A stretch of DNA of 16,351 nt from Myxococcota bacterium. GTDB lineage: Bacteria > Myxococcota > UBA4151. The stretch lies in the NCBI GenBank assembly GCA_040260805.1, contig JBDQPD010000078.1:1-16351 (forward strand), in the 5' to 3' direction. A program made the translations under genes and the position numbers. A model generated the notes under the pieces. That model ran no database searches and had not been told where the DNA came from. It saw only the letters and a program-made list of their open reading frames with translations. Positions 1 to 7,007 of the stretch are shown piece by piece. The first letter of the stretch is position 1. The number at the start of each line of letters is the position of its first letter.

Positions 1-2262
1 GATGAATGCCTTGTGGATAATGGTGGCTGCGGCAACGTCGAGCGCTGGCGCTGCGAGAACCAAGAGGCGCGAGCGCCGCGCTGCATCTTTGACTGCAGCG
101 TCGATCAACGTCCCTTGCTCGAGGGCGTCGACGCCTTTGTCATGGGCGAGCGGGTCTGGCCTTCGGCGCTGATCACCTACGGACGTACCGCCTGTCCGCT
201 GATCACCAACCGCCAAGGAAAGACCGTTGTCGCGTCGGCAAGACTAGGGCGCGGTAAAGTCCTGCAGACCGGACATGAACACCCCATGAATCGCGATCTG
301 CGCGCCGACAACCACGACGGAGTTCAACTGGTGCGCAACGCCGTCTCGTGGATGACGCGTGGACAAGAGACCCTGCGTATCGGCAGGTACCCCGGCTTGT
401 TCGCAGGGACCGCCAACCTGATGACCGAAGACGGGCACAACGTCAGCGCCTTTCGCCCCAGCGCCGAGGCGCTCGCCGAGGTGAGCGTCTACTTTGGCAA
501 CGCCCGCACCGACTACAGCGACGAGGAGGTCGAAGCCCTGAACCAATGGGTGCGCCAGGGCGGCGGCTTGATTCAGTCGGGCTTTGCCTGGAATTGGGAC
601 GGCAACAACTTCCAAGCCGTGCGCAATTTTGGTGGGAACCGGACTATTCTCGGCTCCGGAGTCACCATCACCAAAGCCAACCAGCAGTCTGGGGCAGCGA
701 TGGTACCCGAGACGACGCTCGGTGAGGTCGATCATGCCCTTTATGCCGTGTACGCGGTGGCGCGCCATCTCTCGGGTGAGGATACACTCAGCGCCGAGGA
801 CCAAGCGACCGCCGTCGCCACCATCACCTTCGCCATCAGCCACCTCAACTTGTGGATTACCGAATACTACGAGCCGATTCGGGCGCTGATCCCGTCACTC
901 CCTGAGGTCAACCCGACCGCTGAAAACCCGATACGCCCGGCCGATGAGCCGCTCAAGATGCTCACCTTGCGTTTGGTCGACAAGTTCCTCGCAGGCTCAC
1001 CTTTTGATCAAATTGAAGCACACCCCGCCGCCGCCGACTTCCCCGGCACGGTCCCCGAAGGCACGCCGCTCACCGAGGTGAGCCTTGAGCTCAACGCCAG
1101 CTATGAGGGACGCTCTGCAAAATACAATTACAGCGGCGCTGGACAGCCGATACGCCTCAGCACAGGCGCCTACGCGCTGCCTGGGCAAACCTTTACCGTC
1201 ACCGTTCCCGAGCGCGCCGCCGGCGAAGGTTTAAGCATTCAGATCGGTACGCACAGTGACCGCCTGTGGAACAAAGACTCGATCGAGCGCTTCCCACAGA
1301 TCATCCGTCGCTACCCCGTCAACGAAGCCGTCATCCAGGCGACCAGCGCCTTTGGCGGTCCGGTCTATCTGCTGGTTCCCGGCGGGACGGAGATCGGTCG
1401 CATGGACGTGACCATCGCACAGATCGTGCGCGCTCCTCACTACCGGCACGGTATCACGACCGCCCAAGAGTGGCAGCAACAGCTGCGCGACTACCCGGCC
1501 CCGTGGGCGGAGATCGAGGGCGATCGAGTCGCCTTCTCCGTCTTGACCGAAGAGGCGCGCTCGCTTGAGGACCCGTTGGCGCTGATGACCTTCTGGGACC
1601 AAGTCCTTGACGCCATGGCTGACCTCGAGGGCTCATCGCATGACCGAGTTCGTAAGGAGCGTTTTACGCTTGATCGACAGATCAGCGTGGGCGCGCTGCA
1701 CTCCGGCTACCCCATCATGGGACACCTGCATCACCACCAAGGTCTTCTCGATCTGGATCACATCCGAACCGAGGGCTCTTGGGGGCCGTTTCACGAGCTC
1801 GGACACAACCACCAGTGGCGTGACTGGTTCTTGCCAGGTACGACCGAAACGACGTGCAACTTGTGGAGCGTGTACATCCACGAGACGCTGCTCAATCTGC
1901 CGACACGCACCGAAGGTCGTCTCGGTCCACAAATGCGGAACCAGCGACGCCAAGGCTACCTCGACGGCGGCGCCAACTTTAGCGAGTCATGGAACGTCTG
2001 GGTGGCGCTCGACACCTACCTGCAGCTGCAAGAGGGCTTTGGCTGGACGCTTTATTCGGACCTCTTCACCGAGTACCGAAGCCAGAGCAATGCGAGCCAA
2101 GGGAGCGCTCAAGATCGAATTGATGAGTGGATCACGCGCACCAGCAACTACACGCAACGGAACCTTGTGCCCTTTTACGAAGCGTGGGGTTTCCCCATTA
2201 CACCCGACGTTCGCAATGCGTTGCAAAACTTACCCGAGTGGCAAGCGAATCCCATGCGCTAG
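1..2262 (+). CDS. M60-like (enhancin/TCAF-FAM115-like) zinc metallopeptidase with N-terminal EGF-like Cys module; 5'-truncated by the window
   Basis: Frame 1 is open from base 1 (DECLVDNGGCGN...C...C...C, EGF-like), so the true start lies upstream. Zinc motif WGPFHELGHNHQ is followed by TTETTCNLWS (HEXXH plus downstream E). M60 N-terminal region STGAYALPG...QIGTHSD...SAFGGPVY. C-terminus YLQLQEGFGW...NLVPFYEAWGFPI. Confidence 0.9.
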   Translation, partial: DECLVDNGGCGNVERWRCENQEARAPRCIFDCSVDQRPLLEGVDAFVMGERVWPSALITYGRTACPLITNRQGKTVVASARLGRGKVLQTGHEHPMNRDLRADNHDGVQLVRNAVSWMTRGQETLRIGRYPGLFAGTANLMTEDGHNVSAFRPSAEALAEVSVYFGNARTDYSDEEVEALNQWVRQGGGLIQSGFAWNWDGNNFQAVRNFGGNRTILGSGVTITKANQQSGAAMVPETTLGEVDHALYAVYAVARHLSGEDTLSAEDQATAVATITFAISHLNLWITEYYEPIRALIPSLPEVNPTAENPIRPADEPLKMLTLRLVDKFLAGSPFDQIEAHPAAADFPGTVPEGTPLTEVSLELNASYEGRSAKYNYSGAGQPIRLSTGAYALPGQTFTVTVPERAAGEGLSIQIGTHSDRLWNKDSIERFPQIIRRYPVNEAVIQATSAFGGPVYLLVPGGTEIGRMDVTIAQIVRAPHYRHGITTAQEWQQQLRDYPAPWAEIEGDRVAFSVLTEEARSLEDPLALMTFWDQVLDAMADLEGSSHDRVRKERFTLDRQISVGALHSGYPIMGHLHHHQGLLDLDHIRTEGSWGPFHELGHNHQWRDWFLPGTTETTCNLWSVYIHETLLNLPTRTEGRLGPQMRNQRRQGYLDGGANFSESWNVWVALDTYLQLQEGFGWTLYSDLFTEYRSQSNASQGSAQDRIDEWITRTSNYTQRNLVPFYEAWGFPITPDVRNALQNLPEWQANPMR

Positions 2263-2627
2263 GCCTCGGACTCACCTTTGTCTTCACCGACCACCTCAAC
2301 TTGAGGCTCGAGCTCACCGTCTTCGTTGCGGGTAAAGCGCACCTTGAGCTCGACCTCCATGTCCATGCGCTCAAGGACATCCGAGAACACGCCCACCAGG
2401 TCCAGATGCTCGAGGAAGTTCTTCACCTCGCCGCCGGCTAAGCGCATCACCTCATTCTTGGTCTCTTTGGTGCCTTGCATCAAACGGTTAGCCGCCTCGG
2501 CGGGCAATTCTTTGACCACCTCACGCACCACAGATTCCGAGACCAGTAAGGCGCCCAAGCCCGTGCGTAGAAGCTTGCGCCCTAAGCTGCGATCGTCGTC
2601 TTGATCCAAGTCATCCTGCTCGTTCAT
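2259..2627 (-). CDS. Small acidic hypothetical protein, phasin/PhaF-PhaI-like (122 aa)
   Basis: ATG at 2627 has a GGGAGG Shine-Dalgarno just upstream and is preferred to the ORF-track start at 2711. RKLLRTGLGALLVSESVVREVVKELP resembles the phasin-like N-terminal helix of a family I recall from Myxococcota. Function uncertain. Confidence 0.65.
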   Translation of the reverse strand: MNEQDDLDQDDDRSLGRKLLRTGLGALLVSESVVREVVKELPAEAANRLMQGTKETKNEVMRLAGGEVKNFLEHLDLVGVFSDVLERMDMEVELKVRFTRNEDGELEPQVEVVGEDKGESEA

Positions 2628-2767
2628 CCTGGCCTCCCTAAGCATCATGCAACAACTTCTGCATTTTTGCAGGTTCTCGACCTCAACTTCTTGGAAAAAG
2701 GGGCCGAGCAAGGGTGGAGAAGCTTTTGAACTTTCTCTAAGCTCGATTCCGGCCTAGGAACCCGCTC

Positions 2768-3427
2768 ATGCTCAGTATCGCGCTCGCCCTCACCGTTCCC
2801 GTTCTCGCCGACATTCCGGCGATCACCGCGCCGCCGATGACCGGCGCTGGTCCTAACGTTTTGGGCGCTCGCTCGTACACTCAGTATGGTCGGCGCAACC
2901 GCCCGCGCTTTCGGACCGCCCCAAATGGCCGCAGACCTCGAGGCGCCAAAGGGCGCCAGATCATGTACCGAATCCAGGTTGAGAAGGCGACCGGCTACCC
3001 GCTCAAAGAGTTCGCCAAAGAGGTCCGCACGATCCTTGACGACAAGCGCGGCTGGCAAGGCACCGGACGCGTCTTTTTCCAGCAACGTCGACGAGCTCAG
3101 TTTCGCATCATCTTAGCGACCCCGCTGACCGTCGATCGGATGTGCGCGCCGCTCGACACCAACGGCTACGTCAGCTGCTACCGGAAGAATAAGGTGATCC
3201 TCAACGTCATGCGCTGGCGCGAGGGCGCAGCGGCCTGGAAGGGTACCCTGCTCAACTACCGCCGGTACCTGATCAACCACGAGGTCGGGCATGCCCTTGG
3301 GCGTCGTCACGAATACTGCAACCGAGCAGGCGGCTTAGTCCCGGTGATGCATCCGCAGACCTATGGGTTCATGAACTGTAAGCCCAACTATTGGCCGCTG
3401 ATGAGCGAAAAAGCTGGCCTTCGCTAA
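2768..3427 (+). CDS. DUF3152-family putative secreted zinc metalloprotease
   Basis: Signal-peptide-like N-terminus MLSIALALTVPVLA. Motifs YRIQVE, ILDDKRGW, FRIILATPLTVDRMC, VILNVMRW, YRRYLINHEVGHALGRRH (HEXXHXXGXXH) and PVMHPQT match DUF3152 as I recall it. Confidence 0.85.
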   Translation: MLSIALALTVPVLADIPAITAPPMTGAGPNVLGARSYTQYGRRNRPRFRTAPNGRRPRGAKGRQIMYRIQVEKATGYPLKEFAKEVRTILDDKRGWQGTGRVFFQQRRRAQFRIILATPLTVDRMCAPLDTNGYVSCYRKNKVILNVMRWREGAAAWKGTLLNYRRYLINHEVGHALGRRHEYCNRAGGLVPVMHPQTYGFMNCKPNYWPLMSEKAGLR

Positions 3428-3861
3428 ACGCTCGTCGGCTCCCGGCTCATCAACACCGCGTCTTCTCCGTCGCGATAATAGCCAGCCCTGACCCCAATTT
3501 GTTCGTAGCCTAGCCCGGCGTATAGAGCCTGCGCGGCCTCGTTGCTCGAGCGCACCTCAAGCCAGATGGGCTGCTCACCTACCCGCTCATGAAGTCGCGC
3601 CATCAAGGCGCTCGCCACGCCGCGACGGCGCGCCGAGGCGGGGACCAAAACATTAAACAGCTCGTAGCCATCTGGGAAGCGCCGAAGCACGGCGTAGCCA
3701 AGCAGCTCTAGCCCTTGTTGGGCGACCCAGATCTCGCTGCTCGCAAGGATAAACTCCTCGCTGATCTGGTTTAATCCCCAGCGCGCACCTTGGGTGTTGT
3801 CGGCTTCCCAAGCGGCGAGCGTCTCGAGCTCTGGCTCTCGTGCAAGGCGCAGCTCAAACAC
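3424..3861 (-). CDS. rimI: RimI-like GNAT N-acetyltransferase
   Basis: Acetyl-CoA motif RRRGVASALM, WLEVRSSNEAAQALY and GVRAGYYRDGEDAVLM. GTG at 3861, 1 nt after the receptor stop, is preferred to the ORF-track start at 3879. Confidence 0.85.
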   Translation of the reverse strand: MFELRLAREPELETLAAWEADNTQGARWGLNQISEEFILASSEIWVAQQGLELLGYAVLRRFPDGYELFNVLVPASARRRGVASALMARLHERVGEQPIWLEVRSSNEAAQALYAGLGYEQIGVRAGYYRDGEDAVLMSREPTSV

Positions 3862-3862
3862 C

Positions 3863-5989
3863 TTAGAACGCCACCTCAACGTCCATGCGGGCGGTCACCC
3901 CTTTGGCGTAGGCTGCGCTTTGGTGCGTGCGGTATTTGCGGTCCAGGAGATTGTCGATGCGCAGACCCATTCGCCAATCTTTCTTACGGTTGTAGACCAC
4001 CCTCAAACCAGCGGTCCACCAAGCGGGTGTACCCGAGCACGCCACGCTCGCTTGAGCGCTGGCGAGCCAAGGCTGCTGCTCGACTGCACAGATCCGCAGA
4101 TCGTGTAGGTCCAGCGGCGCCAGCGCGGCGCCAGGAACCGCATTCGCCCAGCTCATGCTCACCTCGCCCCACCATTTCTTGTTCCATCGCTGCTTGAGCG
4201 TGTGACGTCCTTGCAGCGGCGCCGAGCGGCGGCTGGCGTGGACGCTGCCCTGGTCCTCAACCTCAGCCAGGACCAAGCCGAGCTGATGCCCATGCACGAT
4301 CGAGGGGGTGAGCTGGTGCTCAAGTCCAAGGTCGGCCCCATAGAAGCGCCCTTGGTCCAGATTGGTGAGCGATACCGCAGGCTTTGCCGATTGCGTCCGC
4401 GCGAGCGTGAGCTGCTCCTCGAGCAGCTCGTCAACCCACATGGCAAAGAGCGAGGCTTGATAGCTGAGTCGACCGCTGCGTTTCTTGCTGCCCAGCTCGA
4501 TCGTCTTCGCCGACTGGAGCGCCAAGCTGTCGGGCGCTTGCTGGTAGAAGGATCCGGTGTCGCCCGTGTAAAATAACTCAAAAAGGTTGGGCGCTCGAGC
4601 GCTCGTACTCAGGCTCAGCCAGGTCGCCGCTTTGCCGCGCTCACGAAGATTTAAAGCCAAGTCAGCGGACGGCGCCAGCCACTCTTGGTCTCGATTCGCC
4701 GTGGCATCAAGGACCGCAAAAGCGGACAGGCGCAAGCCACCCGTCACGCTGACCTGGCGACCGAAAGCCTGACCCAACTCCCGCTGCCCCTGAACGAACA
4801 AACCGCCGGTCACGTAGCCCAGACCCGACCCGTAGGGTGGCGTCTCAATCCCGCTGCCCAGGGTGATCGCTTGGGTCGCCGCCAGCGACTCATGAGACAC
4901 CTCGCCGCCCAAACGCAATCGCCAGCCGGCTAAGCGCCGAGTCCGCAGGCGAACACCCACCTGGTGCATGAGCACGGCTTCGTCTTCGATCATGCGCTGA
5001 TCTAATCCCGCCTCATCAAAGCCTTCATCCTCGGGTTCAAGGTCGAAGCGGTCAAGGCATTGAGCGGTATCGAGCGCGCCGCCTTGTGCGTTGGTTGAGC
5101 ATCGATCGATCCTGGTGCTTCGGGTGGCGAGTCGGCTGCCCGCAAAGACCTCGCTGCGCCGCCACAAGCCGGTGTGCCGACCCTGCATACGCAGCCAACC
5201 AAAGTGATCGTCAGGAGCGGTTCGACGAAGCTCGCCGCGCGCCAGCTGATCGATCTCGCCGCCGCCTTTGATCGACATTCCCAAGTAGCCAGCATGAACC
5301 GTCATCGCCGAGGCGCGGTAACTCATCTTGGCGAGCCAATCCCATTGCCCGTGATCCGCCTTGGCAATTTCGCTTGGTTCACCTTGGTACAAACCACCAC
5401 GGTTGCGACCGCGAAACTTATCGCGTTGAGCCGCGACGGCCACGGAAAATGAGCCCATCTGTTTCTTGAGCAGTGAGGTAAAGTTGTAGCGAGTGTTTCC
5501 AGGGTACGCGAAGAATTCGCGCCAATACCACCAGCGCTTGTCGGGCTGGTCTAGATCTCTCGACCGAAGCGACAGCACGCCACCGAGCGCACCGCTACCA
5601 TACGCCACACCGCCGCTGCCTCGGATCAGCTCCACCCCCTCAAAGGAGTACAAACCTAAGCTGTTAATCTGCCGGTCCGCGCTGCGCCTAAAGACGCTTG
5701 TGTTGTAGCGCAGACCATCGATCAAGATCAGGTTGTCTGCACCCATAAGCCCTCGAATTACCGGCGTAATAGCGCCAGGTGCCACCTCGCGAAGGCTGAC
5801 CCCGGGCAGGGTCGAAAACAACTCCGAGAGGTCCAGATGGCCTTCTTGATCGAGCGCCTCTCGACTCGCGAGTGCGATACTCGCTGCGGTCTCGGCTGCG
5901 CGCTCTTTATGCCGCTGGCCAGTAACCGTTAGGCCACCAGTGGCGACCGGCTCAGCCGCCAGCAACATGGTAGTGAGTAGCAGCAACAT
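3863..5989 (-). CDS. TonB-dependent outer-membrane receptor
   Basis: Signal peptide; plug motifs LPGVSL, PVIRGL, LILIDGLRYN, VELIRGSGGVAYGSGALGGVL; barrel motifs RAPNLFELF and IDNLLDRKY; terminal Phe; GGAGG SD at 5998-6002. Confidence 0.93.
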   Translation of the reverse strand: MLLLLTTMLLAAEPVATGGLTVTGQRHKERAAETAASIALASREALDQEGHLDLSELFSTLPGVSLREVAPGAITPVIRGLMGADNLILIDGLRYNTSVFRRSADRQINSLGLYSFEGVELIRGSGGVAYGSGALGGVLSLRSRDLDQPDKRWWYWREFFAYPGNTRYNFTSLLKKQMGSFSVAVAAQRDKFRGRNRGGLYQGEPSEIAKADHGQWDWLAKMSYRASAMTVHAGYLGMSIKGGGEIDQLARGELRRTAPDDHFGWLRMQGRHTGLWRRSEVFAGSRLATRSTRIDRCSTNAQGGALDTAQCLDRFDLEPEDEGFDEAGLDQRMIEDEAVLMHQVGVRLRTRRLAGWRLRLGGEVSHESLAATQAITLGSGIETPPYGSGLGYVTGGLFVQGQRELGQAFGRQVSVTGGLRLSAFAVLDATANRDQEWLAPSADLALNLRERGKAATWLSLSTSARAPNLFELFYTGDTGSFYQQAPDSLALQSAKTIELGSKKRSGRLSYQASLFAMWVDELLEEQLTLARTQSAKPAVSLTNLDQGRFYGADLGLEHQLTPSIVHGHQLGLVLAEVEDQGSVHASRRSAPLQGRHTLKQRWNKKWWGEVSMSWANAVPGAALAPLDLHDLRICAVEQQPWLASAQASVACSGTPAWWTAGLRVVYNRKKDWRMGLRIDNLLDRKYRTHQSAAYAKGVTARMDVEVAF

Positions 5990-6035
5990 CAGAGCCCCCT
6001 CCAGCCGCTTGGCTCTGAACCTCCGAGCGCTTCCG

Positions 6036-6076
6036 TGTCAACGAACATTCAACTTCCCCGAGTGACGCACATCACA
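6036..6076 (-). promoter_or_regulatory. Candidate CRP/FNR-family site plus -35 box upstream of the TonB-dependent receptor
   Basis: AGTGA-cgcaca-TCACA at 6061-6076 matches TGTGA-N6-TCACA at 9 of 10 positions. Perfect TTGACA on the minus strand at 6041-6036. No convincing -10 box. Confidence 0.4.
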
Positions 6077-6145
6077 ATCTACGCAAATCCCATGCCAGCG
6101 CTTGCAAGGTGACCTTGTCCTGTGTACTCCGCCGGCGATTGATAC

Positions 6146-6220
6146 GGGCCTGTAGCTCAATGGTAGAGCGCTCGGCTCATAACCGATGTCATCCGGGTTC
6201 GAATCCTGGCGGGCCTACCA
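6146..6220 (+). tRNA. tRNA with CAT anticodon, most likely tRNA-Ile2 (lysidine-modified) rather than tRNA-Met
   Basis: Cloverleaf: acceptor GGGCCTG/CGGGCCT plus ACCA; D arm GCTC..GAGC; anticodon loop CTCATAA; T arm CCGGG-TTCGAAT-CCTGG. The GGGCC start with C4-G69 and C5-G68 fits TilS determinants. It lacks the C1:A72 mismatch and GGG/CCC anticodon stem of the initiator. Confidence 0.93.
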
Positions 6221-6239
6221 CCGAAAGGACGGCGCAAAA

Positions 6240-7007
6240 TTGGGTGAAGACCTCAAGACTTTAGCTCGACTGCAGCTGACCGAAGACCGTATCTCTGAAG
6301 CCAGTAAGGCGAGGGATGAACTGATATCAGCTGTCGAGTCTGAGATGGTGGTCGTCAAAGACCTCACGAAGAAACGCAACGATGTCCAAGACCTGTTCGA
6401 TGGCGCCAAACGCGAGTGGCGAGAGATCGAAGAGAGCGTCGACACCAAGAAGGCAGAGCTCAAGAAGTGGGAAGCCCGGCTGCAGACGCTTCAGGACTGG
6501 CGCGAGCAGCAAGCGCTCAATTCGGCGATCCGCGAGCACAAGCGCAACGTCGAGTTCGGTGAGAGCAACGCCAACGAGAAGATCGCCGTCGTCGAAGAGC
6601 TCGAAGCGAGCTTCAACGCTGCGCAAGAAGCGCTCGAGACCGCTCAAAACAAAATCAACGCCATGAACGAAGAACTCGGCGCCACGCGCATCTCGACCAC
6701 GCAAGCGCTTGAGAGCGAGATGGAACATCGGCAAGGCTTGCTGGATTCGATTCCGGACACTGACCGCCGACGCTACGTGAACCTGATCGACTCGATCAAG
6801 CGTCGCCCTGCGGTAGCGGTCGTCATTGCGCGCAAGGGAATCTGCGGATTCTGCAACGTGACCATGCAACCGCAGAACTGGATCGAAGTTCAGCGCCAAG
6901 AAAAGATTATCTACTGCCAAGGCTGCCGGCGTGCGATGGTGCACGAAGCGGTGATGGCAACAGGCGCAGACCTTGAAGCAGCAGGTATCCATCGCCTCGA
7001 GAGGTGA
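6240..7007 (+). CDS. Coiled-coil protein with C-terminal C4 zinc ribbon (DUF164 / CT398 / HP0958-like)
   Basis: Long heptad-rich helix, then CGFCNVTMQPQ...IIYCQGCRRAM. TTG start at 6240 with AAGGA SD at 6225-6229; the ORF-track start at 6186 lies inside the tRNA. Confidence 0.9.
   Translation: MGEDLKTLARLQLTEDRISEASKARDELISAVESEMVVVKDLTKKRNDVQDLFDGAKREWREIEESVDTKKAELKKWEARLQTLQDWREQQALNSAIREHKRNVEFGESNANEKIAVVEELEASFNAAQEALETAQNKINAMNEELGATRISTTQALESEMEHRQGLLDSIPDTDRRRYVNLIDSIKRRPAVAVVIARKGICGFCNVTMQPQNWIEVQRQEKIIYCQGCRRAMVHEAVMATGADLEAAGIHRLER

Noticed and set aside
1607..2335. 242-aa alternative-frame ORF and other short ORFs overlapping the peptidase
   Set aside because: Arg/Ser/Thr/Ala-rich off-frame translations expected in GC-rich coding DNA.
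6102..6130. TTGCAA-N17-TACTCC as the tRNA promoter
   Set aside because: Position is plausible, but the -10 box lacks the conserved final T; too weak to call.
6186..6239. ORF-track N-terminal extension of the zinc-ribbon gene overlapping the tRNA
   Set aside because: The ATG lies inside the tRNA; TTG at 6240 has an SD and gives a length typical of the family.
6146..6240. tRNA as an integration site for an island
   Set aside because: No duplicated tRNA 3' end and no integrase seen; the downstream gene is the usual neighbour.
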